This document shows positions 1 through 10,332 of a stretch of DNA of 64,000 nt, piece by piece. The position numbers were made by a program, and so were the translations under genes. The notes below the pieces were generated by a model. That model worked only from the letters and a program-made list of their open reading frames with translations. It was not told the origin of the DNA and searched no databases. Source of the stretch: Acholeplasmataceae bacterium (GTDB taxonomy: Bacteria > Bacillota_I > Bacilli_A > Acholeplasmatales > Acholeplasmataceae); contig OY763415.1 of NCBI GenBank assembly GCA_963667565.1, positions 1,152,001 through 1,216,000 on the forward strand, given 5' to 3'. How positions within the stretch are numbered: the first letter of the stretch is position 1; the number at the start of each line of letters is the position of its first letter.

Positions 1-725
1 CCTGTAACTGTTGGAACGCGAAGTGCAGTACCATCTAATTTACCTTTTAATTGTGGTAATACTAAACCGATTGCTTTTGCAGCACCCGTTGATGCTGGAA
101 CGATATTTGCAGCAGCATTACGTCCTCTTCTTGAGTAAATACCTTTTTTATGTGGTTGATCTTGAAGTGATTGATCAGCTGTGTAAGCATGAACAGTTGT
201 CATGAAACCAGCAGCAATACCAAATTTATCATCTAATACTTTAGCAACAGGTGCTAAACAGTTTGTTGTACATGAAGCACCACTTAAGATATCTTCATCT
301 CCATTTAAAGTGTCATCGTTAACATTGTAAACGATAGTTTTAACATTTCCACTTGCAGGTGCTGAAATAACAACTTTCTTAGCACCAGCTTCTAAATGCC
401 AACCAGCTTTAACTTCATCAGTAAAGAAACCAGTACATTCTAATACTACATCTACTTCTAAAGCTTTCCATGGTAAGTTTTTAGGATCTTTTTCACTGAA
501 GATAGGAATTTTTTTACCATCTACAATAAGATCAGTTCCTTCAAATGAAACACCATCCACTTTGAAGTTACCTTGTGCTGTATCATACTTTAATAAGTAT
601 GCTAGAGTTTCTGCATCTGTTAAATCGTTAACAGCTACAACATCAAATTTTTTGTCATCTGCTAATAAGCGATATGCAAGACGACCAATACGGCCAAAAC
701 CGTTAATTGCTACTTTAATAGCCAT
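1..725 (-). CDS. gap: Type I glyceraldehyde-3-phosphate dehydrogenase (5' part; runs off window start)
   Basis: Manual translation [15 protein letters not shown]...[12 protein letters not shown]...; GGAGG RBS upstream; not in ORF track because the stop lies outside the window. Confidence 0.98.
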   Translation of the reverse strand, partial: MAIKVAINGFGRIGRLAYRLLADDKKFDVVAVNDLTDAETLAYLLKYDTAQGNFKVDGVSFEGTDLIVDGKKIPIFSEKDPKNLPWKALEVDVVLECTGFFTDEVKAGWHLEAGAKKVVISAPASGNVKTIVYNVNDDTLNGDEDILSGASCTTNCLAPVAKVLDDKFGIAAGFMTTVHAYTADQSLQDQPHKKGIYSRRGRNAAANIVPASTGAAKAIGLVLPQLKGKLDGTALRVPTVT

Positions 726-905
726 AATTTTTAATTCCTCCTTGAATAGATTAATTCTTCCATATATATTCTATCATTTTTAATTATAATTACAAATATT
801 ATGGAACATTGTGTTATGATGTAAACGTTTTTCCTTTAATTTCATTTCAACTTTTGATATAATAATTAAGGAAAGTGAAATTATCTTTTTAAAAGGAGTA
901 TTTTC

Positions 906-1460
906 ATGACAAAGAACATTGAAATCGAGTTCAAAACAGTTATATCTGAAAATAAGTATTTTGAGTTATTAGAATTATTCAATTTAGAGAATAATATTTT
1001 TAAACAAGTCAATCATTATTTTGATACAAATACTTTTGATTTGAATGCTAAATCAATCGTTTTACGTATTAGACAAAAAGGTGATTATAGATTTAAAGTG
1101 ACTTTAAAATCTCAAGGTGAAAAAGAAAATTATGAAAATCATGTGATTTTATCACCTGATCAAGCACATGATATGTTAGAAAAAGGATTTAACACTCAAG
1201 ACTTTTTCGATAATATTGATAACCACTTTGTATTATTTAAAGTGAGTTTGGATAATTTTAGAGTTTCGATTCCATATGAAAATGGCACATTATTCTTTGA
1301 TCGTTGTGATTATTGTGGAACAACTGATTATGAGATTGAGTATGAAGCAAGTAATTATGATGAAGGGAAACTCATTTTCGACCGTTTTTTAAAGGAACAA
1401 AACATTGAATTTGTTCCTACAAAAAGAAAAAGCGAACGCGCATTTACATGTAAAAGATGA
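906..1460 (+). CDS. CYTH domain protein (YjbK-like)
   Basis: N-terminal EIEFK, LRIR and YEIEYE motifs. Confidence 0.9.
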   Translation: MTKNIEIEFKTVISENKYFELLELFNLENNIFKQVNHYFDTNTFDLNAKSIVLRIRQKGDYRFKVTLKSQGEKENYENHVILSPDQAHDMLEKGFNTQDFFDNIDNHFVLFKVSLDNFRVSIPYENGTLFFDRCDYCGTTDYEIEYEASNYDEGKLIFDRFLKEQNIEFVPTKRKSERAFTCKR

Positions 1461-1544
1461 TGAAAATCATCTTTTTTTATATATAATTGACATTTTTTGG
1501 CATTATCACTATAATAAGATATAAGAAGTAATACGGAGGAAAAA

Positions 1545-1946
1545 ATGAAAGAACGCAATTTGTTAGTATTCATTGCTGCTCTTGTCGCAAGCATATTATT
1601 AGTCGTTTCAATCGGACTTAAATTTTTTGACTGGTTCGATGTAAATGATTATGGATTATATGCTTCAATTCCAACTACGTTCTACATTGTACCAGTGGCA
1701 GTTCTCTGGTTAGGATGGTTTTTGGATGACCTTAAGTCAGTTGTTGTTGCAAGCGTACTTATGACAGTGAACCTATATTTTCACTTAAATCATATCAGTA
1801 TCTTAAATGGAGCACCAATTATTGTTTCATCTTATGCACCAGCAGTTAAAACAGCTTATGTTTTAAATTTAGTTCTAATGGTTGCTACAATCATTTTAGG
1901 ATTTGTATCTTACTATTTACCAAAATTTAAAAAAGCTGACGCTTAA
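1545..1946 (+). CDS. Hypothetical membrane protein (about 4 TM)
   Basis: 133-aa hydrophobic ORF with GGAGG RBS. Confidence 0.8.
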   Translation: MKERNLLVFIAALVASILLVVSIGLKFFDWFDVNDYGLYASIPTTFYIVPVAVLWLGWFLDDLKSVVVASVLMTVNLYFHLNHISILNGAPIIVSSYAPAVKTAYVLNLVLMVATIILGFVSYYLPKFKKADA

Positions 1947-1961
1947 TCAAGCAATGGGAAT

Positions 1962-1990
1962 AAAAAAAGCCATATGATATGGCTTTTTTT
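1962..1990. terminator. Bidirectional intrinsic terminator
   Basis: A7-GCCATAT-G-ATATGGC-T7 between convergent genes. Confidence 0.85.
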
Positions 1991-1991
1991 A

Positions 1992-2456
1992 TTATGAATG
2001 AGATTGTTGTTTATCTTTTATTTCTGCGAAATATTGCTTCAATATTGATTGATAATCACAATGATCGCCATTTGGACAATTTTCACACATGATCAATTCT
2101 CTAAGTCTTCTTGGAATAAATACACGTATTTCTTCATCATTGTAACCAACTTGTAATTTTTCACCATCAATGATAATTGGTCTTTTTAACACACTAGGGT
2201 TGTCTAAAATAAATGATTTTAATTCACTTATTCTCATATCATCTATATCTAAATCTTGTTCTTTAAAGATTTTAGAACGGGTTGATATGATATCTTCGAA
2301 TCCATTTTCAGCATGTTCTAACATGTGATCAATATCTTCTTCAGTGATACGTTGATTGAAAAGATTCTTTTCTTCATATTGAATCTTATGATCATCAAGC
2401 CACTTTTTCGCTTTCCGACAAGACGAACAACTTGGTGTTGTATATATTGTAATCAT
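1992..2456 (-). CDS. spxA: Spx family transcriptional regulator with Cys-rich C-terminal extension
   Basis: IYTTPSCSSCRKAKKWL, GFEDIISTRS, LKRPII, VGYNDEEIR. Confidence 0.92.
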   Translation of the reverse strand: MITIYTTPSCSSCRKAKKWLDDHKIQYEEKNLFNQRITEEDIDHMLEHAENGFEDIISTRSKIFKEQDLDIDDMRISELKSFILDNPSVLKRPIIIDGEKLQVGYNDEEIRVFIPRRLRELIMCENCPNGDHCDYQSILKQYFAEIKDKQQSHS

Positions 2457-2550
2457 TGTCTTCCTCCTTCTGGAGCATAGGTATTAGCCTATAGCACTTT
2501 GTGTTCTTGCATGGTTAATTATATAATTATTTAGAATATTTTTCAAGTAG

Positions 2551-2564
2551 TGAAAACGTTTTAC
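2551..2564. promoter_or_regulatory. cre-like (CcpA) site between spx and pepF
   Basis: TGAAAACGTTTTAC. Confidence 0.5.
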
Positions 2565-2670
2565 GTATGTTTTAATATAATTTCACAAAACAATTAACCT
2601 TTATATTTTTATTAATTTGCGATATAATGTTAATAATATCAAAGTCATACATAGAAAAGAGGATTTTAAC

Positions 2671-4434
2671 ATGTCTAAATGGGATTTATCACCTTTTTAT
2701 CCAAGTATTGAAGCTTGGGAAGAAGATATCAAAAAATTGCCTGCAATGATTGATGAAATGGCTGATTTTAAAGGTAAATTATCAGATTTCGAATCATTTA
2801 AATTATTTCATCAAAAAGATGAAGCATTAACAAAGTTTATTTATCGTCTTTATGGTTATATTCATTTATCAAGTGATCTTAACTTAAAAGATCAAGATAA
2901 AGCTGCTAAAAACCAACAAATGATGATCATGTTTTCTGACTTAGGTCAAAAAACATCATTCGTTTCTCCTGAATTCATCGCGATTGGTGAAGAAAAAATT
3001 ATGTCATTCATTGATAAAGATGAAGCATTAAAACCTTATAAATTTGGATTCCAAAAATTATTCCTTCAACAATCTCATGTTTTAAGTGATGACAAGGAAA
3101 AATTATTATCTAATTATAGTGGTATTCGTTCTATTCCTTCTGCTTTATACCAAGGTTTAGCGATTATTGACGCAATAGATGAAACAATCATATTATCTGA
3201 TGGTAGTGAAAAAACAGTCACTTTATCAAATTATCGCTCACTTATTCCTGAAGTTCCAACTGCTGAAGATAGACAAAAAGTTTTTGAAGCAGCATTTAAA
3301 CGTTATAAAACACATAAGGCTACATTTGCTGCTACTTATAATTTAGTTCTTCAAAACTTAAAAGCAAGTTACAAATCAAGAGATTTCAATTCTGCTGTTG
3401 AAGCTGCATTATTTAGAAATAACATCCCTGTAGAAGTGTATAAAAACCTAATGGATGTTGCTTATGAAAGTAACGAATCTATTAAGCGTTATATTAACTT
3501 ACGCAAAAAACATTTAAACCTTGAAACATATCATACATATGATCGTTTCTTAACACTCGTTAAAGATGATACAAAATATGATTATGAAACATCAAAAGCA
3601 TTATGGTTTAAAGCATTAGAAGGTATGGATCCTGAATTTGTTAATCAACAACATGTCGCTTTAGAAAATGGTTATGTTGATGTATTACCTGGTGATGGTA
3701 AACGTACTGGTGCTTATTCTTCTGGTTTATATGGTTTCCATCCATACATCTTACTTAATCATGATAACACGCTTGATTCAGTCTTTACATTAGCACACGA
3801 ATGTGGTCATAGTGCACACACACTATTCTCAAGTGGTAACCAACCTATGGCAACTGCGGATTATACAATCTTTGTTGCTGAAGTTGCATCAACATTCAAT
3901 GAACATATCTTGTTAGATTATTTAGTTAAAAATGCAAGTACAAAAGAACAAAGAATTGCTTTACTAGAAAAAGCCATTGATGGATTTATGGGTACATTCT
4001 TTAGACAAACATTATTTGCTACTTATGAATATAAAGCAAATGAACTCGTTGAAAAAGGTATGCCTATTACAGATCAATCTCTATCAAAAATCATGATAGA
4101 TTTATATAAACATTATTATGATTTAGATATTGAATCTGAAAATGGTAAAGAATATGTTTGGGCTTATATTCCTCATTTATTCCACACACCATTTTATGTA
4201 TATCAATATGCTACTTCTTATAGTGCTTCATTAAAATTATATGAAGATGTTTCAAATCATGTAGAAGGTGCAATGGATAAATATAAAGCACTTCTTAAAT
4301 CTGGTGGTAGTGATTACCCAGTTTCACAAGTTGCTGCTGCAGGTGCAGACTTAACAGATAAAGAAACATTTAGAGCTGTGACTAAACGATTTAATTCATT
4401 AATTGATCAATTAGAAAAAGCGCTTGAAGAATAA
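2671..4434 (+). CDS. pepF: Oligoendopeptidase F (M3B)
   Basis: MSKWDLS start after GAGG RBS; HECGH zinc motif, AEVAST, PFYVYQYA. Confidence 0.95.
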   Translation: MSKWDLSPFYPSIEAWEEDIKKLPAMIDEMADFKGKLSDFESFKLFHQKDEALTKFIYRLYGYIHLSSDLNLKDQDKAAKNQQMMIMFSDLGQKTSFVSPEFIAIGEEKIMSFIDKDEALKPYKFGFQKLFLQQSHVLSDDKEKLLSNYSGIRSIPSALYQGLAIIDAIDETIILSDGSEKTVTLSNYRSLIPEVPTAEDRQKVFEAAFKRYKTHKATFAATYNLVLQNLKASYKSRDFNSAVEAALFRNNIPVEVYKNLMDVAYESNESIKRYINLRKKHLNLETYHTYDRFLTLVKDDTKYDYETSKALWFKALEGMDPEFVNQQHVALENGYVDVLPGDGKRTGAYSSGLYGFHPYILLNHDNTLDSVFTLAHECGHSAHTLFSSGNQPMATADYTIFVAEVASTFNEHILLDYLVKNASTKEQRIALLEKAIDGFMGTFFRQTLFATYEYKANELVEKGMPITDQSLSKIMIDLYKHYYDLDIESENGKEYVWAYIPHLFHTPFYVYQYATSYSASLKLYEDVSNHVEGAMDKYKALLKSGGSDYPVSQVAAAGADLTDKETFRAVTKRFNSLIDQLEKALEE

Positions 4435-4458
4435 TTTGTTTTAAAGTATAATTAAATT

Positions 4459-4660
4459 GCGATGATAAGAAAAAAGTAGTTTGCATAAAGCAAGTTTAGA
4501 GAGCTGGGATGGTGAAATCCAGTATTGTGGTTGCATATGAATGGATTCTTGGAGCATAAAGTATGTCGGCTATAACGACTTAAGAGGGCTAGTATTTTAC
4601 TAGAACTAAGGTGGTACCGCGATCAATCGTCCTTAGATATTTTATCTAGGGACTTTTTTA
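4459..4660 (+). promoter_or_regulatory. T-box riboswitch, Trp specifier (UGG)
   Basis: AGAGA box, GGTGAAA loop, GAA-TGG specifier, AAGGTGGTACCGCG T-box, terminator with U tract, upstream of trpS. Confidence 0.92.
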
Positions 4661-4674
4661 TTAGGAGAGTATTT

Positions 4675-5673
4675 ATGAAAAGACTTGTATCAGGCATTAA
4701 GCCAACAGGACAATTAACACTTGGTAATTATATAGGTGCAATTAAACAATTTGTTGCATTACAAGATGAATTAGAGGATACAGAATTCTTTATTTTTATT
4801 GCTGACCTACATGCAATCACAACACCACAAAATAGACAAGAACTAAAGAAAAATATTAAATCGGTTGCTGCACTTTATATGGCATGTGGACTAGATCCAA
4901 ACAAAGTCAATCTATTTATTCAATCCGAAGTTCAAGAACATGCACAATTAGGATATGTGATGGAATCAACTGCTTATATTGGTGAAATGGAACGTATGAC
5001 ACAATACAAAGATAAAAAAGGTAAACAAGTTGAAGGTATTAGAACTTCTCTTCTTACCTACCCCGCTTTAATGGCTGCAGATATTTTAATATATGATGCG
5101 GATATTGTCCCCATTGGAGACGATCAAAAACAACATCTAGAATTGACTAGAAATTTGGCACAAAGATTTAATAACATGTATGGTGACACTTTTGTTGTTC
5201 CTGAAGGATTTTATCCAAAGACAGGAGCAAGAATAAAATCATTAACTGAACCTACGAAAAAGATGGATAAATCTGCAGATAATCCAAAATCTTATATTTT
5301 ATTATTAGATGATTTAAATCAAATTAAAAATAAGATTAAAAGCGCAGTCACTGATTCTGATGGAATCATTAAATATGATTTAAAACAAAAACCTGGTATT
5401 TCAAATCTACTCACCATTTATGCATCACTTACCAATCGATCAATTAAAGATATTGAAAAACAGTATCAAGATTCCAATTATCAAACATTTAAAGCTGATC
5501 TAGCAGAAATTGTTGTAGATGCGATAAGACCTATTCAAGAAAAATATAAAAGTATCATTGACTCGAAAGAGCTTGATGATGCACTTGATAAGGGTAGAGA
5601 TCAAGCCTCTTTTATTACGAGAAGAAAATTATCCAAAGTATACAAACGCCTTGGATTAGGAAGAATAAAATAA
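4675..5673 (+). CDS. trpS: Tryptophan--tRNA ligase
   Basis: SGIKPTG-LTLGNY, YPALMAADIL, GDDQKQHLE, KMDKS. Confidence 0.97.
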   Translation: MKRLVSGIKPTGQLTLGNYIGAIKQFVALQDELEDTEFFIFIADLHAITTPQNRQELKKNIKSVAALYMACGLDPNKVNLFIQSEVQEHAQLGYVMESTAYIGEMERMTQYKDKKGKQVEGIRTSLLTYPALMAADILIYDADIVPIGDDQKQHLELTRNLAQRFNNMYGDTFVVPEGFYPKTGARIKSLTEPTKKMDKSADNPKSYILLLDDLNQIKNKIKSAVTDSDGIIKYDLKQKPGISNLLTIYASLTNRSIKDIEKQYQDSNYQTFKADLAEIVVDAIRPIQEKYKSIIDSKELDDALDKGRDQASFITRRKLSKVYKRLGLGRIK

Positions 5674-5676
5674 TAT

Positions 5677-5708
5677 AAAAAAAGCTAAGTATGAGAACTT
5701 AGCTTTTT
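5677..5708. terminator. Bidirectional intrinsic terminator
   Basis: AAAGCTAAGT...ACTTAGCTTTTT between convergent genes. Confidence 0.8.
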
Positions 5709-6549
5709 ATTTTGTGGATTCGATATCAATGATTTGAATATTTGATTTGGGCTCACCATCAACTTGCATATAAGTTGGTTCATCAAATTCAATATGAAAC
5801 TTCTGACCGACATATATATCTACAAATTTCTTAAAAATGACATGACCTCCAAAATAAATGGTAGGAAAAATGAGGAATAATAAAAATTTAGGAATGTTTT
5901 TAATGACCAATAAATGAAGATTGTCTTCATCCCTAATCGCTTTGGGTGCCATGTTCATGCCGCCACCTTGAAATGGTGCATTCATTGCACAAACAAACCA
6001 AATTTTATCTTCTTTGTGTGTTTCTCCATCTACAGTGAAACTACCTTTTAAAGCATGAAATTTTTTAAATCCTTCTAATGCATGTCTAAAATAATTAAAC
6101 TTATTCTTTTTATACTTAGAGTTTGATACTAAATGAATAACAAATCCATCAAGTCCTAATCCAGCACCATTAAGAAAATGTTTAGTTTTTCCTTCATAGC
6201 TTATCGTAGGTAATTTTTGCAAATAAGGCTTAATATGTACAACTTTTTCTTTTGATTTTAAACTTCTAATAAAATCATTACCTGTCCCAGCTTGATACAT
6301 GTAGAGTTCTTGAGGATATGAAAGACCATAAATACGATTTGCTAATCGATGCAACGTTCCATCGCCACCGACTAATATAACTCTATCTTTAGGATCTAGT
6401 GCTTGCACAAACGCTTCGACACTTTCGATATCTAAAATATTATATTTAGTAACTTCTTTACCTTGCTTTTCTAAATGCTTTTCGATTTTATCAATAAATT
6501 TTGGATCATTTCCATTTCTTGATAACGGATTATATAATAATATATCCAT
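5707..6549 (-). CDS. Diacylglycerol kinase family lipid kinase (YegS/BmrU-like)
   Basis: NPLS, GGDGT, GTGNDF, QVDGE motifs. Confidence 0.9.
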   Translation of the reverse strand: MDILLYNPLSRNGNDPKFIDKIEKHLEKQGKEVTKYNILDIESVEAFVQALDPKDRVILVGGDGTLHRLANRIYGLSYPQELYMYQAGTGNDFIRSLKSKEKVVHIKPYLQKLPTISYEGKTKHFLNGAGLGLDGFVIHLVSNSKYKKNKFNYFRHALEGFKKFHALKGSFTVDGETHKEDKIWFVCAMNAPFQGGGMNMAPKAIRDEDNLHLLVIKNIPKFLLFLIFPTIYFGGHVIFKKFVDIYVGQKFHIEFDEPTYMQVDGEPKSNIQIIDIESTK

Positions 6550-6561
6550 AAGCCCACCTTC

Positions 6562-7806
6562 TTACACAAATTTTAAAATTGCGTATTTCTTTTTACCTCT
6601 TCTTAAAACAACATATTGATCATGAATAGTTAAATCTTTTGTGACTAAGAGATCTAAATCACTTACTTTTTCTTCGTTTAATGAAATCGCACCGTTTTGT
6701 AAAAATTCTCTTGCTTCTCTTTTTGATTGAGCAAGTTTTGCATCAATTAAACAATCAAGTATTGGTTTTTGTTCGACTAATTCTACTGTATCTAAAGTTT
6801 TTGCCAACATAAGAAACTCATTTTTATTTAAACTATTAAGTGATCCATTAAAAAGGGCTTCAGTAACTCTAATCGCTTCATCAAGCGCACTTTGTCCATG
6901 GACAAGTTTAACAACTTCTGATGCAATCACTTTTTGAGCAGCTCTTAAATGTGGTTCTAGAACAGATTGTTTTTCCAATGCTTCGATTGTTTCTTTATCT
7001 AGAAGCGTTAGTGTTCTTAAATAATTAGAAACATCTTTATCTGATGCGTTAACAAAATATTGATATAATTCGTAAGGTGATGTGAGTGTTTGATCAATCC
7101 ATAATGCACCTGATTCACTTTTTCCGAATTTGGTTCCATCAGCTTTTAATAACAACGGTGAACTAAGTCCAACTGCATCATTTTTATCGCCTTCTGTTTT
7201 TCTTATAAGCTCTAACCCAGAGGTGATATTACCCCATTGGTCAGATCCACCAAATTGAATTTTACAATCCATTGAACGATACAATTCTAAAAAATCGATA
7301 GCTTGAATAATCATATATGAGAATTCCGTGTAAGAAATCCCAATATCAAGTCTTCTTTGAACTGTATCTTTTGCTAACATATAATTAATATTAAAGTTTT
7401 TTCCAAAGTCTCTTAAAAAAGAGATGGTATCAATATTTTTAATCCAATCATAATTGTTAACATAAATAACATTTTCTTGTCCCAAAAAATAGGATAATTG
7501 ATTTTTAATTTTTTCTGCATTTGCTAATGATTCTTCAAGTGTTAATAGTTTTCTTTCACTTGTTTGTTTTGGGTCACCAATAAGTCCAGTTGCACCACCA
7601 ATTAATGCAATTGGTGTATGTCCATATTTTTGTAAAAGTAACATTCTGACTATTTGAACCAAATGCCCTACAGTTAAAGATTCTCCTGTTGGATCAAATC
7701 CACAGTAAAATTTAACCTTATCATCGTTTAAGTGTTTAATTGCTTTTTCTTCGTCGCTGACATCTTTGATCATGCCACGCCATATTAAATCATCATATAA
7801 TTTCAT
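6562..7806 (-). CDS. tyrS: Tyrosine--tRNA ligase
   Basis: [22 protein letters not shown]-terminal S4 domain. Confidence 0.97.
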   Translation of the reverse strand: MKLYDDLIWRGMIKDVSDEEKAIKHLNDDKVKFYCGFDPTGESLTVGHLVQIVRMLLLQKYGHTPIALIGGATGLIGDPKQTSERKLLTLEESLANAEKIKNQLSYFLGQENVIYVNNYDWIKNIDTISFLRDFGKNFNINYMLAKDTVQRRLDIGISYTEFSYMIIQAIDFLELYRSMDCKIQFGGSDQWGNITSGLELIRKTEGDKNDAVGLSSPLLLKADGTKFGKSESGALWIDQTLTSPYELYQYFVNASDKDVSNYLRTLTLLDKETIEALEKQSVLEPHLRAAQKVIASEVVKLVHGQSALDEAIRVTEALFNGSLNSLNKNEFLMLAKTLDTVELVEQKPILDCLIDAKLAQSKREAREFLQNGAISLNEEKVSDLDLLVTKDLTIHDQYVVLRRGKKKYAILKFV

Positions 7807-7824
7807 ATTGTTTTCCTCTCTAAA

Positions 7825-8015
7825 TAAAAATCGTCCTTAAAAAAATCTAAGGACGAATCATCGCGGTACCACCTTAGTTCTAGTAAAATACTAGCCCTCA
7901 TGTTTTTTTAGTAATCTCCATTATTGTAATTCAAAATGAACCTTCTTTTCATGTTACACCCTCATGAAATCTCTATATTAGGTTTATTCACTTTTACTTT
8001 GATAACTTCATAGAT
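7825..8015 (-). promoter_or_regulatory. T-box riboswitch, Tyr specifier (UAC)
   Basis: Minus strand: AGAGA, GGTGTAA, GAAT-TAC specifier, AAGGTGGTACCGCG, terminator TCGTCCTTA...TAAGGACGA-TTTTT. Confidence 0.9.
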
Positions 8016-8018
8016 TGA

Positions 8019-9017
8019 TTAATTTTTAGTTGATTCTCTCTTAACAATGTAATGAGGTAAAATAATTCTAATATTATCTACATCTTTTGAGTTCATTAAC
8101 TTCGTTAATAATCTCATTGACACAGCACCTATATCATACACTGGCACATCGATTGATGTCAAGGTTGGTCTTGATAAAAGCGCATATTTTGTGTTTTGGA
8201 ATCCAGCAACATCTAAATCATTTGGTACACTGACTTTATGATCTCTTGCAATATTCATAAACGAAACAGCAATTGAATCTCTAACACCGATTGCACCATC
8301 AACTTTTTTATCAGCAAAGAATGTTGTAAAATGTTGACGATTAATATTTGTGTCACCACTTGTTCTAAAAATCTTAGGTTCTAAACCAACTTCTTGCATC
8401 GCTCTAATATATCCAGCTTCTTTTTTATCATTAACTGAATATCTTCTTGCTGTGCTTAATAAATAAATATCTTTTCTTTGGTTTTCAATCATGATCTTAG
8501 TCATTTCATAACCAGCTTTTTCATAATCAATTGAAACCATTGGGACTTGTTCATCATCAGAAACAACATTTGCAAAAACAAATGGAATTTGATTATCAAT
8601 AAATATTTTTTCTACTTCTTCAACACGGTTAGAACTTAATTCATCATTTAAGTATAGAACACCGTCAACTTGTTCAGCAACGATATCTTTTAATACATCC
8701 ATGACATCCATGTCTTCTCTTACAGAAAATAATTTAATTGAATATTTATAACTATGTGCAATATCACTAATACCGCCTAACATTTCTGCAACAGAAGCTC
8801 TTGTGACATCTGAAATCACAATACCTACAGTTGTAGTTTTACGACTTGCTAACCCTCTAGCGATGACATTTGGACGATAACCAAGCTCTTTAATCACTTT
8901 AAGAACTCTTTGTCTAGTGTCTTCTTTTACTTTTTCAGGGTTATTTAGTACTCTTGAAACAGTCGCAAGCGATACACCGGCAGCACCAGCAACATCATAT
9001 ATTGTCGCATTACTCAT
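8019..9017 (-). CDS. ccpA: Catabolite control protein A (LacI family)
   Basis: ATIYDVA...VSLATVSRV, YRPNVIARGLASRKTTTVG, YDIGAVSMRLLTKLM; ATG after GAGGTG. Confidence 0.93.
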   Translation of the reverse strand: MSNATIYDVAGAAGVSLATVSRVLNNPEKVKEDTRQRVLKVIKELGYRPNVIARGLASRKTTTVGIVISDVTRASVAEMLGGISDIAHSYKYSIKLFSVREDMDVMDVLKDIVAEQVDGVLYLNDELSSNRVEEVEKIFIDNQIPFVFANVVSDDEQVPMVSIDYEKAGYEMTKIMIENQRKDIYLLSTARRYSVNDKKEAGYIRAMQEVGLEPKIFRTSGDTNINRQHFTTFFADKKVDGAIGVRDSIAVSFMNIARDHKVSVPNDLDVAGFQNTKYALLSRPTLTSIDVPVYDIGAVSMRLLTKLMNSKDVDNIRIILPHYIVKRESTKN

Positions 9018-9111
9018 GACATTCACCTCTACTATATTTAATATCAAAATTATTATACCAAATTATGAAAAGGCTTTCAAGGGATTTATGAAAATATTTT
9101 CAGAAAATTAC

Positions 9112-9140
9112 AAAAAAATAAAGAGGCGTTTGCCTCTTTA
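9112..9140 (-). terminator. rplS terminator
   Basis: AAGAGGC-GTTT-GCCTCTT with U tract on the minus strand. Confidence 0.75.
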
Positions 9141-9145
9141 TCCAT

Positions 9146-9502
9146 TTATCGTTTTTCTTTGATTCTTGCTGCTTTCGCTGATAATGTACGGATGTAGTTA
9201 AGTTTAGCTCTTCTAACTTTACCTCTACGTTCAACATCGATATGATCGATTGCTGGTGAATGTAGTGGGAATGTTCTTTCTACACCAATACCATATGAAA
9301 CTTTACGAACTGTAAAAGTTTCAGAAATTCCGCCACCTTGTCTTTTGATAACAAGACCTTCAAATAACTGGATACGTTCTCTGCTACCTTCTACGATTTT
9401 AACGTAGACTTTCACAGTATCCCCAGGCATGAAAGCTGGAACTTCTTTGATATAAGATTTAGTAATCTCAGCGATTAATGCTTGCCCTTTAAGCTTTGAC
9501 AT
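9146..9502 (-). CDS. rplS: 50S ribosomal protein L19
   Basis: [32 protein letters not shown]. Confidence 0.98.
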   Translation of the reverse strand: MSKLKGQALIAEITKSYIKEVPAFMPGDTVKVYVKIVEGSRERIQLFEGLVIKRQGGGISETFTVRKVSYGIGVERTFPLHSPAIDHIDVERRGKVRRAKLNYIRTLSAKAARIKEKR

Positions 9503-9525
9503 ATTAGACTCACTCTCTTTCCTTC

Positions 9526-9556
9526 CAATGTTCTTGTTATCTACAGCGGACCATTG
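9526..9556 (-). promoter_or_regulatory. L19 leader RNA
   Basis: CAATGGTCCGCTG...AAGAACATTG hairpin just 5' of the rplS RBS, resembling the Bacillota L19 leader. Confidence 0.7.
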
Positions 9557-9606
9557 TGTATTTATTACGGCTTTCTTATTATAACAAAGTTATAAATAAG
9601 TTGCAA

Positions 9607-10332
9607 CTATTTTTTCAATTCAGCTTTTACTTCAGCTAAAATAGTTTTCTCTTGTTCTGTTAAATCTATTTTTTCAATTAAATCTGGTCGTTTGAGATAG
9701 GTTGCTTTAATACTCTCTTTCTTTCGCCAATTTTCAATATTTTGGTGATGACCTGATTTTAAAATTTCTGGCACTTCATATCCTTTATATACATCTGGTT
9801 TCGTGTATTGTGGATATTTTAACCATCCATTTTGTAAACTATCTGTGTCTCTAGATTCATCGTCAATGACACCTGATAATAATCTTACAACTGCATCTGT
9901 TAAGATCATTGCAGGAATCTCTCCACCAGTTAAAATATAATCACCAATTGAGATTTCTTCATCTACAAATGCCATAACACGTGCATCTAAACCCTCATAA
10001 TGACCACACAATAAAATGATATGTTCATATGTGGCGTATGAGATCGCTTTTTTTTGATTGAACAATTGTCCTTGTGGTGATAAATAAATCACCTTTGACT
10101 GATCAGTCTTTAACTTGTTAATGATTTCATAAAAGGGTGGAAACTGCATAAGCATACCCGCGCCACCACCATATGGTGTATCATCGATATATTGATGCTT
10201 TCGATCACTATAATCTCTTAGTTGATGACATCTAATTTCAACATGCCCTTGTTCTTGTGCTCTTTTGACAATGGATGTTTCTAAAAATGATTCAAAAAAT
10301 TCAGGAAATATGGTGACAATATCAACAATCAT
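9607..10332 (-). CDS. trmD: tRNA (guanine37-N1)-methyltransferase
   Basis: DDTPYGGGAGM, CGHYEG, SIGDYILTGGE. Confidence 0.97.
   Translation of the reverse strand: MIVDIVTIFPEFFESFLETSIVKRAQEQGHVEIRCHQLRDYSDRKHQYIDDTPYGGGAGMLMQFPPFYEIINKLKTDQSKVIYLSPQGQLFNQKKAISYATYEHIILLCGHYEGLDARVMAFVDEEISIGDYILTGGEIPAMILTDAVVRLLSGVIDDESRDTDSLQNGWLKYPQYTKPDVYKGYEVPEILKSGHHQNIENWRKKESIKATYLKRPDLIEKIDLTEQEKTILAEVKAELKK

Noticed and set aside
11..783. Plus-strand ORFs 11-205 and 562-783
   Set aside because: Antisense shadows of gap
2617..2670. Upstream-extended starts in the ORF track (pepF, ccpA, rsuA, msmX, sufC, cydA, fusion gene)
   Set aside because: Downstream ATGs have proper RBS spacing and match family N-termini
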